Assembly: GCA_964016885.1 (NCBI GenBank)
Contig: OZ024743.1
Location: 94,674,001-94,738,000 of the forward strand
From: Eledone cirrhosa
Taxonomy: Eukaryota
Reading direction: 5' to 3'
DNA length: 64,000 nucleotides
A program made the position numbers and the translations under genes. Below the pieces are notes generated by a model. The model saw only the letters and a list, made by a program, of their open reading frames with translations, had not been told where the DNA came from and searched no databases. Positions 41,369-58,000 of this stretch are shown here, in pieces. How positions within the stretch are numbered: position 1 is the stretch's first letter; every line of letters begins with the position of its first letter.

Positions 41369-43363
41369 GAGAAATAGAAATATTTGGAAATACCAGAATC
41401 TAATTAACTCTATGCCTATTGTTGGTATATATAATAACACATGGGAAGCGATGAATTAATTGCATGTTTCATGCTCTCCCACACACACTGCCCATCCCAC
41501 AATTGTTGCAATCAAACGTCCTTTTACAGTTGTTGATATCACTCGATACAACACGTGCTTATAGTAATCTTACATCAGTCAATGCTGTCCATCCCGGAAC
41601 TCTCAGTTTATGACGAAATGCATTGCATTGAATATTTTTGAAACCCGTTGTTCAGGTTGTGGACTTTCTTTCCCACATCAGTCTGCACCAAGCAGACATA
41701 TGGTAAAAGGCGTTCCATTCGTGACCATCCCATCGTTCTTTGTTGTTGTATATATATTTTAGGATTACATTGGACAATGTGTTCTCCCGTTTTATAACGG
41801 AGGGAATTTGACTATGAAGTTTGTACTCCGTGGTTTGTAACTAACTTTTTAGTTGCAGCCATGTCATGAGTCCTTAAACTTTTGTTGGAGAGAGCCCATC
41901 GCTCTCCAAGTTTGAACAGAGAGAGAGAGAGAGAGAGAGAGAGTGAGGGAGAGAGAGAGCGAGAGTATTAGACCGGTACTTTATTTATCGATCTCAAAAG
42001 GAGAAAGACAATGTTGACCTCGGTTGGATTTGAACTCATGGCACAGGGAGCCGGCGCAAACACCGCAAAATATTCTATCTGACATTCTAACGACTCTGCC
42101 AATTTGCAGCTTAAATTGTTATATGCAATATGAGAATGACAAAAAGAAAAAAGAAAACACATGGAGGAGAAATGCAAAAGCAGGGGTCCCTACACCCTTG
42201 ACTGCACTTCACAGACAAGATGGCGAAAGCATTACTGTAGAGACAAGCCAACAATACTTGTTGCGTCAGCCATTTCTACCTCATGAGGTCAACTTTACAT
42301 CCTTGATGGACAGTGTATATCAGCTACTGCATCTTACGGACAAAGTGGTGAAAGCATTGTCGTGGTGAACAGACAACGATACTCAATACATTTATCCATT
42401 CCACCTCGTTGAGCTCCTTCCTCAAGCATAATGCCCTCCCTATTGGGAGGAGGAAAAATGACAATCTGTGGATCGAGGGAACCCAACGTCTCAACACATT
42501 ATACTCAACTGTAACCTATGTAGTATGAGAATTTAATCCTAAATTATAGGACTTCAAACATTATCTTGGGAATGACTTGAATAATAATGGGCTCAAACAG
42601 ATGAATTACCCCAGATTTCCTGACCACTAATATCGAAAGAATTGGAAACGCATGATGTGGTTGGAGTATTACACCTAAACCTTTGCTCATAAGATAGTGG
42701 GTTAAATTCCTCCATGGAACTACGCGTTGTTTTCTTGAATAAAATATGTTATTTTATGGTGCTCTTTTTACCAGGAGTTGTGCCTCACAGATAGTAATCA
42801 ATAAAGGAAAAGACCAATGAAATAGTTGTTTCCTTGGTCCAATCTGATGACCAGATTCTATTCTATTTTTTCCCCTAAAGAAATTAAGGTGTTATATTTA
42901 TCGATATTTCGGAGGAACCCATAAAAGGTGACCTCGGCACTATCAACTGATTTGAACAACGGTACTCTCACTTCATCTTATTAGGTAATCGAAGCTGGAA
43001 TGGCTTAACTTGAAGGTCTGGTGATAGGAGAGATGGGCAGATAGATTTAAATCCAACGAGAATCGAATTGGAATTTCATCGATCTTGGATCGATATTATA
43101 AAGTACCATGTGCGGGTCTCGAACGCAACAGACTAAACTTGCGCTCAACGTGTGCTCCGCTGTCTGTGTTGAGAAATACAATATATATACATACAATATA
43201 TATACATATACAATTGTTTCTATATCGATCAGCTCAGGATACATTTATAATCATGGGGCCTGACTCTTCTTCGACATCTCCTTAAATATGCGCGTTTTAT
43301 ACACACACACACATATATATATGCGTGTGTGTGTGTGTGTGTGTGTCTGTGTGTATGTGTGTG

Positions 43364-43544
<181 letters not shown>

Positions 43545-44938
43545 ATATCATCATGATCATCATTTTACGTTCGCTTTTCCCTGCTTGCAAGGATGAGACG
43601 GGTCCTCTTCAGCACAGAATCTCTCCATTCGTCATGGTTCCCAGTCATCTCTGTGAGCTTAAGCGATCTGAGGTCAGCTCTCACCACCTCCGCCCATGTT
43701 TTTCGTGGTCTTCCTCTACTGCGACTTCCTTCCACCGGGATTTCTTGGTACTTCTCCACCCAGCCGTCACCCTCCATGCGCATTTGTCCCACGCACTACA
43801 GTTTATCCCTCTTATACTGTTTCACTCTCAACCCGTCTATGCTTGATCGTACGCGCACATTGACATTGTACATCCATTGGAGCATGCTTGCTTCATTTCT
43901 CTCCAGCCGTCGCATATCCTCCGCATTTGCTGCCCATGTTTCACTACCATGCAGCATCGCTCATCTCACACAGGCATCATATGACCGACCTTTCGTTCGT
44001 AGGGCGAAACACTTCGTTGTCAACAGAGGAGGCAGCTCTCTAAACTCCTTCCATCCTGTCCTTATTCTAGATATTATGACCTCGGAGCATCCTCCTCGCT
44101 TGCTAATATGATCACCTAGGTATCGGAAGCTATCAACTACCTCTATAGGTCCTACTTGCATTTGAAAAATGTGCCTATCACTGACACTTCTACTATCAAT
44201 TTTCCCTGAACATCCACTACATATGAGGTTTTCCTTTCCTGTTAGTTTGCCTGCCATCCCACTACACCTATTGTGTATCCAAAATCTGCATTGTGTACAT
44301 TCTATAGAGTTTATATCCAACTCCTTCTCTATATACAGTATATGGTCATTTCCCTGATGGAATCAGACTTTTGTCCTCTTTCCTACTTATCAACGCTTTA
44401 GTCTTTGCTAGGTTCACTCTCAGTCCTCTTGATTCTAACTGCTGTTTCCTTAGCCATAATTTATTCTCTAGCTCCTCTGCTGTTTCTGCTATACCAGATC
44501 GTCAGAATAGAGAAGTTCCCATGGGCAGCCAGTATTAAACTCCTCTGTTATGGCTTGGAGAACTAAAATGAATAAAAGTGGGCTGAGGACTGAACACTGA
44601 TGTACTCCTACTTGTGTCTGGAATTCCTCACTAAACTCCATTCTTACTCTCACTTTACTAACAGCTCCTCTCTACAGAGCTTAAGGGAACAAAGAATCAG
44701 TGTTGCATCATATACATATTTATTTACATATTACATGTGTTACACTGTTGATCAGCTCGAGGAACGATCGATTAATGTTCGATCCTGACTCTGGAATCGT
44801 AAAGCTCCACAGATATGTTTTAACATGTAGACTGGCGTCAACACTGATTCTTTGTTCCCTTATATATTATTATTATTATTGATACTCTGCTCTCCACCAT
44901 ATATATATATATATAAATATAAATAAATATATATACAT

Positions 44939-44970
<32 letters not shown>

Positions 44971-44972
<2 letters not shown>

Positions 44973-45504
44973 AACGGAAAAAATGAAACGATATTTCATT
45001 TCCCACTCTTAGTACGACTGTTACTTAAATATAAGTATATACACGTACATACATACATGTATACAGACGTACAGTAGTTTGTATATATATATATACATAC
45101 ATGCACACATATATATATGCACGTATGGATTCACCGAACATTTATTACAATGCTCTGTGTGTTTGTAAACAAGCATCCCGTATTAAGCCGTAGTGTCTAG
45201 CAACCACCGTTGCTCGTTTGTTCAACACTGACAAAGGAACGCTGTACTAGTTTCAAGCTTGTTAGCTATCGTCAGCAACGTATACCTTCCTGCCAGATTG
45301 TTGAACGTATATACTTACATTATGCATATTAACGGCTGAGTAGCCCAATTTGCATATCGAGTGGGTTAATCAGCCGGGTGCACCGAAAACGATAAACGGA
45401 AAAAATGAAACGATATTTCATTTCTCACTCTTAGTACGGCTGTTACTAAAATATAAGTATGTACACGTACATACATAAATGTATACAGACGTACAGTAGT
45501 ATGT

Positions 45505-45514
<10 letters not shown>
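44971..45514 (-). mobile_element. Retrozyme-like repeat, ~1.3 units (unit-2 paralog)
   Basis: Unit starts at 44971 and 45393; one full unit fewer than 14351-15315; (TA)n flanks. Confidence 0.85.
45239..45281 (-). ncRNA. Minimal type I hammerhead ribozyme
   Basis: Identical to 14619-14661. Confidence 0.85.
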
Positions 45515-45574
<60 letters not shown>

Positions 45575-46748
45575 GTTTCTACTTTAGGCACAAGGCGAGC
45601 AAATACCCAGTACATTACTGGTACTTTATTTTATCGACCCCGTAAGGATGAAAGGCAAACTTAACCTCGGTGGGATTTGAACTTAGACTGTAAAGGGACG
45701 TAACTATGCTAGAAAGCATGGCGTCCAACCCTCTATAATGACGGATAGTCCTGGCTTCTTACTCTATTTTTTAATTCATATGTATCACATCTGCAACAAC
45801 GCATCACGCCATTTTCATCCCTATATGTTTTCCCTCCGCTGTGACCTGTCTCTTTCTCTTCCCTTACTGCTATCCTCTTTCTCTCTCCGCCTTCTCTCTC
45901 CTTCTACCTCTTACTTTCATTCACCCCCTCTGCTAGTCACCCTTTCTCGGCTAGCCTCTTCCTCACACTTCCACTCACTCACTCTCTGCTACTCACCCTC
46001 TCTCACTCCCACTCGTCTGACCTATGTGAAATTCTTTTCTCGCTCACATTTCGCATGGTTCGGATGCATCTTTCGGCTTTCTCGTCTATGATTCGCCAGA
46101 TCTTATGTTCACTTGCATCACTGACTTGATTTTCCACCCTTTACGTTGCCTTACCATTCTTGGTTGTTTACATGTCTCTCTTTTTCCACCCAATTCTTTT
46201 TATCCCAATAACTTTATTTAGTTATTGCTCGCGCTGGCCTGAGGTATATGATCTTTAATGCGAAGAAATACCTATGATGGCCAGAAGATCACTGATGACG
46301 GATAGGCCTGGCTTCTTACTCTATTTTTTAATTCATATATATATATATATATATTAGGTTATGCAAGATATGCTTAGGATTATCCTGAATGCAGTAATGG
46401 TTAATTACTGCACTAGATAGAATCGACGTACGGTGAGGGGTTATTCAACGAGTTATGAAAGAACAGTTAAAGAAACTCGGTTTTCGATTCTTCCGATAAA
46501 GAATGATTAATAAAACAGGTAGACATCATAAAAAGGTAATTTATTCCGAGTACTTACAAATGTTTCTTTAGTAGTTACACAGCCTAGTGATGCTGTGTGC
46601 AAATTGTAGTTATTTATTTGCAGGTACCCAATTTTCAAATGCTGTTCTTCCTACCAAGTCTCAGAGCAAATGGCTCAATTGTAAATTCTCTGGTATTTCC
46701 TAAAGGGAGTTATTGGGGAAGATAGAGTAGAAAAGGAAGAGAGAAAGA

Positions 46749-46828
<80 letters not shown>

Positions 46829-47949
46829 TAGCGGTCGGGGAAATGGGAGAGAGTGGTTTGAAGAATACAGATAGCTTAATCTAAATGTGATAGGGGTCCA
46901 ACAAATGGTTTTATTATACTGCTTACTCTCAAAGTGACAACTTAGGCATTGTGTTGATATTGTCAAGTTTAGAATTATTTATTGCCACAGAGAGCAGGTT
47001 AGTAGATGTAGAGTAGGGGGGATATAGACAGAGGGCGAGAGAGAGAGAGAGAAAGGGAGGAGAGAAAGAGAAAGAGAGAGGGGGGACAGAAAAAAGCTAA
47101 GAGAAGGGGAAGGAAAGGCGATATACACCGAGTTGGTAGTTGCATTTTGCTGATCGCACTTAAGTATCCATTTATTACGATAAGCAAGCTACTGGCTTAG
47201 AGTGTGTGTGTGTGGGGTGGGGGTGGGGGTGGGGTATAGTTGGGAAGTATTATTGAGTGAAATTAGTTAGCGAGAAAGTGGTGTAGTAGTCTCGGGTTCA
47301 TATGTTAAGTTATTTTATAGTGAGAAAATTTAGCCTTCAGTTTGTGGTTGCAGTATAACGATCGTTCGATTCTGTCATTTAGTAAGTTGTTTTTAGATTT
47401 CAAGATATAAAAGAGTTCAAGGTTGCATAATCTGCAGTACTTTAATCCACTCCGATATGCACTAGCATTGGATAATTTATCCCATTTTAAGGTGAACTGC
47501 CGGAGGTATTCACGGAGTTGTCAGGTCTTATTAACGAGTGTAGTTACATAACGGTGTTCAGGATGTTTAATCGAAAATCAATGACGATACCAGCGTGATT
47601 TAAAGGAGATACTGGTAGACCCGATTAATACCATTTCTGGTCGTTTGATTCGACAGTGCGTTGGACTCTAGGCATTTATTCTTCAATGGGCATCTCTCGG
47701 GTAGGTGGCAATTGCAGTTTTTGTTATGGGTAACAGCTGTACCATGGATAGGTTGGGATAACAGTTCAGGTGGGTTGTGTAATACCCGTCTCCCATTTGG
47801 TGGAAGGGAGGTTGATATTACGTTATGCCCATCTGTTTCTAAAATATTTTGTTTTGTAGTTTTGTTTAATAATCGCTTTAAGTTAAGTTTTTTTTTATGT
47901 ATGCTTCTAGGTTTGGTGCAGTGGAGTGTGATAGCTTAACAATCTTAGA

Positions 47950-48689
47950 GTGTCTTTTATATCGGTAATCTAATTTATTCGGTCCTTAATGTTGCCATTG
48001 ACTGACCAACGGTCAAAAATAATACAGATACAATATAGACACAAACACATATATATAGTTTATCAAAGTTCTTTCGTTGCACATCTGTAACATCGTCAGT
48101 GGTGCTATTGTTTCCTCCCGTTGCATTGTATTTTCTAAACCCTCTTTATTTAGTCTGTTTATATATTTATTTATTTGTTTATTTTATTTTGTCTTCTTTG
48201 CGCATGCGTTTGCGTGTGTGTATAGTGTTTCGTTTGATGTGTGTTCGTGATTGGGTGATTGTGTATTGGTTAATGTATTCTATCTTTACTAGTGTGTGTT
48301 TATATGTGTTTGTTGTTATTGTGCTTGTGTATGTATTAAACACACACTAGTAAAGATAGAATACATTAACCAGTACACAGTCACCCAATCACGAACACAC
48401 ATCAAACAAAACACTATACACACACGCAAACGCATGCGCAAAGAAGACAAAATAAAATAAACAAATAAATAAATATATAAACAGACTAAATAAAGATGGT
48501 TTAGAAAATACAATGCAACGGGAGGAAACAATAGCACCACTGACGATGTTGCAGATGTGCAACGAAAGAACTTTGATAAACTATATATATGTGTTTGCGT
48601 CTATATTGTATCTGTATTATTTTTGACCGTTGGTCAGTCAATGGCAACATTAAGGACCGAATAAATTAGATTACCGATATAAAAGACAC
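47950..48689. repeat. Long inverted repeat, unit-2 copy
   Basis: Paralog of 17692-18425. Confidence 0.92.
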
Positions 48690-48779
48690 AGAAGCGAAAA
48701 GCGAAAACCAACCAAACAGTGAGTGTGTTCTGTTATTTATTCTGGCAATATTACACAAATATAACCCCCCCCTAAGTAT

Positions 48780-48847
<68 letters not shown>

Positions 48848-50435
48848 TAGATAGATAGATAGATAGATATGCAATGACTGATGATATGCAATTACAATAA
48901 ATTTAGTCCATTAGATTATTATTCTTATATCGTTAAACAAAAGTGTATTATCTGCATATGGCATCTGATTTGCTTGAATATAACCATAAGCATTAGTACA
49001 AGAAAAGACTATTTATTTCTATATTACCATTCTTTAGGATGTTTTAGGATGGTGGATTTATAATCATGAAGTCGTGCTTTCACGTTTTGTTCTTGAGCAG
49101 GACGCTTCATTTCCAATTGGTCAAGTCCGCTCAGCTGAAATATAAAAAAGAGTTGTATGCGTAATGACTGCAGATTAAATACTAGTCTGACGGGCAGGAA
49201 TCACTCAAGTGTGGTTCTTATTGCCACAAGTGTGACCTTTTCTGTCTCATTGCTTTTGATTTTGCAGCCACGACGGTAGCTCTGGAATGATTATGTGGTT
49301 TTCAGAGCCTTATAATTTCATACTGATTCCTCTTGACACCTGGTCATCTCCTGTGACCTTTTCACACACATATATTGTGCTATAAAAGTCACAAGGAGTT
49401 AGGGGGTGTTAATACCACTGCAAATGCCCTCTAGTTGTCACTCTTTTATTTCGCTGGTTCAGGTATTGTGGTATGAACCTATGCGTATATCTGTGGAGGA
49501 CTTGCTGCTTCTACTAATCCTCTTTGTTGAAAACCTGGCGGATGTTTTCATGTATTTTGATAGGATTGATGGAAACCAAATCCTTCCACACATCGTCTAG
49601 GACCTCCTGCAACTGTTCTTTTTAGGTAATGTGAAGCCTTTGAACGTTTAACAATACAGAGATATGTTACCCTCCTTTTTTGTTTTGGCTCTTGTAAGTG
49701 TTGCTCCGACATTTTAGATCATATCCGTTGCTAATATTTTTGGGAAAAGCACGAGTATGCCCCAATGACATTGTTTCTCACATTTTAAAATCTAAAATCT
49801 TTTGTCTCCTCTGAAGAAGGAATAATTCGCCTTTATTTTATAGAAACCTTTGAATACAATAAACATTTATTTCTTCTCCAGGAAATGAATGAGCAATTAA
49901 AACAGCTTTAATGTATTTTTTTAAATAAACAATAATAAATAGGGACGAATGATTAATAATTGTTTCTACTTTAGGCACAAGGCCAGCAAATACACAGTGC
50001 ATTACTGGTACTTTATTTTATCGACCCCGTAAGGATGAAAGGCAAAATCAACCTCGGCGGGATTTGAACTCAGATCGTAAAGGGACGTAACTATGCTGGA
50101 AAGCATGGCGTCCCACCCTCTACCTATACTGCCAATCCACCGCCCTTTACTGCCAATCCGGTAGTTTCTTATATACATTTAATGAACATATACATTTATA
50201 TACATTTAAAGGCACTGTGGAAACTATTGCGATAGTCAAGTATTACGTTGGATATTTGCAGTAGTGAGAATTACGATACAAATACAATCAAGGGCATACA
50301 AAACAAATATTGCCACATTTGTTTATATCTTTATATTCACACGGTCAAAGAAATAACTGTATAAAGTAGGCCTAATTAAAATATATCAGACAGAACACAC
50401 CCAAAATAACATTACCCGTATAATAAATGCTGAAA

Positions 50436-50466
<31 letters not shown>

Positions 50467-52020
50467 CTTCTTCTTCTTCTTCTTCTTCTTGAACCCTCCA
50501 ATATTGAACTAGTTCTTTATTTATTGACCTCAAAATGATGAAAGCAAAGTTAACCTCATCAGGATTTGAACTCAGAGCACAAAGTGTCGGAATGAGTGAT
50601 GCAAAGCATTCTATTCGACGTTCAATTCACCGCGTTTAGTTGAACCGCTGATCAGCAAAGCGTTAATTGAAGATTTTCTCAGGAGGCTCAGGACGTATCA
50701 TGGATAATTTGTGAGAAGGTATTTGAGTATCTTCTCCACGCGTGGATTCTGGAAATATAAGTCTTGAGTAAAGTAAAAGCAATTAAAGGTACATACATCA
50801 AATTTAAATACAGTAGTACAACCCCATCATCTTGTGACAATAGGAATGTATTTGAGAGATCAGGGGAGGGCTGGTTGAACTGTAGCCAAGAGCCAACAAT
50901 ATTTTAAATAGCCCCAAACATAAATAAACGTTAACTTTATAGATTAATACAAAGTACGCTTTTCTTAGCCATTAATTTTACTTCCTTTGCAACAACAGTT
51001 GCTACAGTTCCCTCGGTTTGTCCAGTCTAGATATTAGTCATGAGATCACTACCAAATATTTTGCTCTCTTTCAAGATCGAATGAAACTTCTTACTCCTCT
51101 CATGTTTTTCAACGAGTTTCAACATCCAGTCGTTTGTTGCTCCAAGATATTTAGCCAGTCTAATTGTAGTAGTTTTGTAAGACAGTTCAAATTGCTTCGG
51201 ACTCATTGAGTTCTGGGAAGGTAAAGACAATCCACATCTGCCTTTGAGTGCCAATTCTCTTTATTTCACTGAAATTCCAGTTCAACACATTGAAGCGATA
51301 ATTAACAACTGGAATTGTCATGTGCATTTAGCTCAGATTTCAGAACTGCTCGTTTTCTCCTATAACATTCTTTCCTTATATTCTCTTTCATGATTGCATG
51401 CTGAATGTCGGAGCCTTCATTTATACCTAGGTATTTATAGGTTTGTTTCTGCTCAAGTTCGTTTATAACTGCTCCAACACCCAATTCAACTTATCAAACC
51501 CAACATCCAGGCACATTTATCAAACCCAAATTCCATCTCGGTGTAATCACTGAATATTTTCACAGTACGTAAAAGGACTTCAAGCTCATCATTGTCTTCG
51601 CCATATAGTTTTAGCTAATCCATATACAATAAATGGCTTATTTTCCTGTCGTCAATTTTATATCGATAATTTTTTCTGTTAAGTCCCATTGTAAGGGATA
51701 TACAAATTATTAGAGGTGAAAGTGAGTCACCTTGGAAAATGCCACAGTCGATGCTAATATTGCTTGAAATAAGTACTCCATTAGAATTATATAACTGGAG
51801 ATTCATGTTCCACAATAACATGTTGTTTCAGAAAGTTAGAAATTATTGGAGAAAACTGATGAGTAGATGGAGGGAAGTCATCGATAATGATGTGAATTAT
51901 ATAGAGGGCTAATTTTTAATAAAATGTGAAATTTGATGACTTGTTTTTCTGACCTAAATTTCGGACATTACTTATGGGATGACCTGATAAATGAGGGTAA
52001 CGTCTTCTTCCTCTTTCTGT

Positions 52021-52071
<51 letters not shown>

Positions 52072-55000
52072 CTCTAAACAAATGACTTCTTTTTCTCTCT
52101 CTATTCGCTTGACGCCCTCGCTCTCTCTATATAGATTAGGGTGACGTCGCAACTTTCTGTCTATCTACCTCTTTCTGTCACCTCGAAAGCACACAACGTT
52201 CGCTTTTCTATCTCTATATACATATCTCTCACTGGGCACTCCCCCTCTATATACACAGTGAGCGTGACGGATGGACCGACGAACAGACAGTGCTCTTATA
52301 ATATAGATTGGGGAATTTTCTTTTCAATCTATTTTTTCAGAAATCATCATTATTATTGATTTCTTTATTAGCCACACAGGACTCACATTAAGAAAAAAAT
52401 AAAGACAGTACAGGACGGTACAGTGTAGGGTTTTTTCGTGTAAAATAAAATTTATAACAGAGACTAAAAAATAAACAATTAAATAATGAAACAACAAATT
52501 CCTCAAAAGTGGGGAGACCTCTGACTGTCACTCGTAGAGAAAGCCCACAAGAAGCCTCGGTCACCCTGACTGCTAGGGCAAGTGCCCTCTCCCAGCTGTC
52601 CTCCTTCAATCTACAGACGTATACTCAAGGCAGCCCATTTATTCGGACCATGATCGCCACTTACACCCACCTTTCAACAAACTGGTTGGAAGGCAGCATT
52701 TCTCTCTCCACCCTGATTTTCTCTTCAAGTGAAATCGGAAAAAGATAATCAGAGCTTCACCGAAGAGAAAAGTTCTGCTCTTCAACCCTTTCAAACGCGT
52801 CCACCACACAACCTCTTTTACCATAACCAGCAGGCAGATGAAAACTTTCCTCTAAAGGAAGGCGGGTGAGCGATCTACACAAAAGATTGTCGATAGTCGC
52901 ATCCTTCCACACATGACAGCAGGTGTTCGACATAAACCCACTGGTCAGCAATACTCGAACACTCGATGGGTGCGTGCAGGACGATTTAGTCGTCCTGCGT
53001 GCATCTCAGAGAGGCCCGACTCACGGAACTTCCATTCCTGTAGGGTTTATTTCAAACTGGCAAAGCTCCACGGTAGCACTGGCAGGCCAGGGATTTCTGG
53101 AAGTTATCCATGAACCCTAGACCGAAAGTCCTCTGAAAAAGAGTGGCTAGTTTATTTTTCCTCAACGCCCAGAATCACCCCGAGAACGTCGTCGCTCTTA
53201 CCATCCACGACAACATCCACCTTATGCGATACATCATAGAAAGTGTGGCTAAGAAACCTGGCACGAGTGGGGCCCTGATTAATTTAGATTAGTCGAAAGC
53301 TTCGATAGGGTCGACCATCGCTACTGCGCGGTAATCCTCAAAGTAGCTGACTTCGGACCCGTTTTCAGGGGCTGGATCGCTGTAATGTACTGCGACATAT
53401 GCTCTGTGGTTAGAGTGAACGGTCACCTTACGGAATCGTTCAACATCATGCATTCGGTCCACCAAGGTTGTTCTCTTTCGTCACTTTTGTATGTATTGAC
53501 TCTTGAGCCATTACTACACAAATTGAAGACGTCACAGGGTATCCTGCGCGAACTAGGATGTGGGAGATCTGTGTCAACATATGCCGACGACGTCATCGTA
53601 GTGGTGTCGAACACCAAACAAATCGAGTTGATCAGAATCACTCTCAAGGAGTAAGAAGCGGTAACAGGAGCAAAAATGAACCAAGAAAGGTCGCTGGGTC
53701 TTTCTGTAGACTTGTCCCTGCAGCTCGGCATTTGCAGGGACAGGTCTACACCGTTTAACAGCATCATTGGACGCTGGACGAACAGACAGGTTGAATTGTT
53801 TAGTGTTTGATTTGGTCCAGACCTCCCTATGAACAAAACTCGGGGCGAGGTAATGCCTATATAGTCGACTACTTTGAATTATGGACAACCTATACTAGAC
53901 GTATCTATTTCTCTACAGAATATCTAGATACGATCTGGATGACCCGGTGCGGTTTGTCTGTCTTCACAATGGCACATTTGGGAAATCCAGTCAGTACCTG
54001 TCAGACAGCTGGAAGCGACTGAGTATGTTAGCGTGGTATTTACACCTCCTCCCCTATCTGCTAGTACCACACAGTCCCAGCCTGTATCCAAGATACCGTT
54101 CCAGTCCCCCATGACTCTAAAGAGCGGAATGCTCCTAGAAATGTTTCAATGCGCTTGAAGAAATCAGACCGTCCTACTCATGTGGGGCTTAGACTGCCAC
54201 AAGCCTGAAGACATACTCTTCATTGCTAGTCAGCACTACCAACGTATCTTCTAGATCTAGGAATATGATTTGTATCGCGAGATCCAGGCCTTTCCGAAAC
54301 AACACAGCTTGGAGCTGCGTAAACTTCGTAGCCACCGAAAATGGATGTAAAAGTTGGTGCGTCGAAAATTCTGGTGTTGCTGATAACCACCACATCTGTA
54401 TTTAGTGAACTGAGGTCGTTGAGCTGGTGAGTCTGCTTCCAAGATGACCTCAGGCCACGTAGCTCCGTGCATTTACATGGCTTATTCTGAATGAAGTCAT
54501 GTTCGATGAAGAGGAAGAAAAGTAGGGAAGGCAATCTGTCCAGCGATTCTTTCCTGATACATTCTAACCACATGCCCATACTATCGTAGCTGTGATCTCT
54601 GAATTGGAGAAGTAGCAGCTCTACCTGGAGTGACTCTCTCATCTCCGAGCTACACACTTTATCGAGTAACGTTACTCTAAAGACCCTTCGGAGGAACCTC
54701 ATTTCGGTTATTGCTCAAGATTCATGGCCATAGATAAGGGTTGGCACGAATACCGTGAATATATATTATCCAATATCAATAATATCAATATAAATAGTAT
54801 CAATATATGATTTAATATGAATATCAATATATTATCCAATACCAATAATTGTTTCTGATTTATGCACAAGGCTAACCATTTTGAGGGAGAGAAAGTCGAT
54901 TAAATCGACCCCAGTGCGTTACTGGTACTTTATGTTATCGACCTCGTAAAGACAATCGTCAAAGCTAACCTCCGTGGGATTTGAAATCAGAACGTAAAGG

Positions 55001-58000
55001 GACGTAACTAAATGCTACAATGCATTTTGTCCGAATCTCTAGGGATTTTACCAATCCAGTGTCCTCTACTTTATAAAAAAAAGACAAATACTTAACTCCT
55101 GAAATCTAATATCATGTAATAATGATATTTTAGTCCAAGGTTTGAATTTAAATTTGAATACTTTAATAAAGTCGGTATTTGGTGGGTTTGTGTTTTAGGG
55201 TTAACCCTTTTGATATCAACCCGCCTGAAACCGGCCATTGTTCTATGATACAAAACTACCTGTATTAAAACCTTGCATTATAATTTTATTTAAGAACATT
55301 TTGTTAAATGATGTTCTAAATATCAGATTAATAATAAGAAGGTAAAATATTTTACTAAATTTCTTCATTTTTTAAAATTTCAAAATTAATTGAAATGAAT
55401 GTGCAGCAACTTTCATGAGAAATATGGTAACTAAATGCTACAATGTATTTTGTCCGGTGCTCTACCAATTCTGCCAACCCACCGCCGTTTCAATATCAAT
55501 AATTGTTTCTACTTTTGGCACAACGCAAGCAATTACCGCAGTGTATTATTTGTACTTTATTTTATCGACCCCGTAAGGATGAAAGGCAAAGTCAACCTCC
55601 GCGGGATTTGAATTCAGACCATAAAGGGCCGTAACATTTTGCTGCAAAGCATGGCGTCCGACCCTCTACCGATACTGCCAATCCACCGCCGTTTCAATAT
55701 CAATAATACCGCTATATCAACGCCGTCTGAAGAAGGATTATCCAGAAGACGCAGGATTATATATATATTTTATTATTTCATGCAAAGCCAAACATTTTAA
55801 CAGACACTTTTGAGTGCACCAGATTCCCAGTAGAAACAGTAGAAAGCGGTTAACTTCACCCTAACCGGTGGATCTTCAATCGAGCGTGGGTAGGTAAACG
55901 TAAGTGTTTCTATATTCATTTTTTACTATAAAAAATAATGGTGATGTATTATTTATTATGTGCTTCCGGAATAGCTATTTATTTGTTTGTTTGTTCATTT
56001 ATTAATGTCCTTAGTTTTACACAACTTCTTGTTTGACGTATTTTTTCTTTAACGTTCATGAGCCACTAAATCCTGTTCCATATAACTGTTTTGTCTTTTT
56101 CGCCTATGCTCCTACGGTTTTTACACACACCTCACTCGTTTTTAACACCTCATGTAATTGTATGCATGAATTAAATTAATGACTAATTTACTTCTAGTTG
56201 AGGTTTGGATCAAATATTCAGCATGTCTTCAAAGGGAAGATGCATAAAAAAAAGAAAAAGCTATATTTTCTATAGTAAAACGGCACATGTTTCTAAATGT
56301 ACTCTCATACTTCAATGTTTACATCAATAGTAAGTTGCTGAATATCCTCGTCAACTGGGAATAATTACATTAATTTTCCCAAATTGTTGAATGATAGTCT
56401 CAATGGTCTGAGAAAATAAGAAAAAAAGAGTTAGTAGCTAGGTGTTAACTCTATTACGTGATCAATTATCATTTAAATCCCCCAAAAGCCTTGTGTGGTA
56501 TGTTTCCGAATAAAAACACAAATCACATGCCACTAAATGTGCTTTTTATGAATTTTCAAATGTCACAAACACAAAGGTGTATTTTCAATGTTTCTTTTCA
56601 TTACTCTGGCATAAATCTATAAATGTCTCACTTGATTCTTTTCATTTTAACTGACTCAGGGTTGTATATGAACGATCATTTTGTCATATGTTAATTTGAA
56701 ACGCCTGTGACACGCAAGTTCAGCAACAAACAAAGATTCAGTGCCAAATGTCCTTTCTAACTACTAAGATATAAAGATATATCATTTAATTACTGTATTT
56801 CCCGGCGCTGAAGACGCTTCGTCTTCGAGAAGGCACCCTAATTTTGACAACCAAAAATTTGAAAAAAATAATATACAACCTTCGGCCTCCAGGACGCATG
56901 GTAGATTTTTGAGACTTATTTTAGGAAAAAAAGTACTGTCTTCGACGCCGGGAAGTACAGTATTTAATTATTTAATTATTATTAAGGACAGACCATAACA
57001 AAGAATAACATAGTGTATGCTATTTTACATTTTCCTGGTCTGTAAAATGCAGCTTCCGGTCAAAGGTAAGTAATATCAAATCCATATCATGGACCCTTAA
57101 CTCCTAATGGAGTCGTCGAGGTGCTGGCGTGACTTACGACATGACTCAAGTATTTAAATCTGGCGGAGTCCATCTCTGTTTATGTCTGAACACAACTGAG
57201 TTCTTCCGGGGAAAGAAAAGGAGAGGGCGAGAGAGGGGAGAGGGTATAAAGGAAAAATCGACCTCAGTATTGGACTAGACATGAAACAAAGTATTGGTGG
57301 TGGTAGTGGCTAGGGATATGTTCAACTCAAATACTTCCAAGGCGGTGTCCCAGCATAACTGCAGTAAAATAATTGAAACAAGTAAAAGAATAGATGAATA
57401 AAAGAATAACTAACAAGAGGACAGCGTTTCTCTCCCCGGCTTCTTAAACATCACCCCCCCCCCCCCCCCTCTGCCCCCCACATTTTGGTAGGCAGTGAAA
57501 TATAACTGCCCCCAGTGTCCTTTCTTAAGTAAGAACGCCAGTCAAGGGAGGCAAAATATTTTGTTACATAACTATGCAATGTTCTGTTGTTTTGTGTTCC
57601 TGAAAATTAACCAATGTTCAGAATTAAGCTTTTACAAGTAAATTTTGGCCACAAATGTCCTGCCTTTGTTACCGACTTCATTTTGCTATTTATGAAGTTG
57701 TTATTGTGTGTGTGTATGTGTGAGTGTGTGTGTGTGTACGTGTGCGCGCGTGTGTGTGTGTATTTACCCTTAACAATCGGCGCTATCTGTATATGTCACG
57801 TAACATGTTCCATCGATTGACTACCACGCATCGCAAATCGATAATAGACAGACAAACAGCTAGTGCTTATCACATTCTTGAGTAATGTACTGTTCTTCAG
57901 GGCGTATAAGGCTTATAAATATTAGTTTCTCTCTTGGTGTGGTGATCCTAGCTATTTCTTGTATTAGGTTACGCTTTTGTTTTTCTTCATGACTTAATTC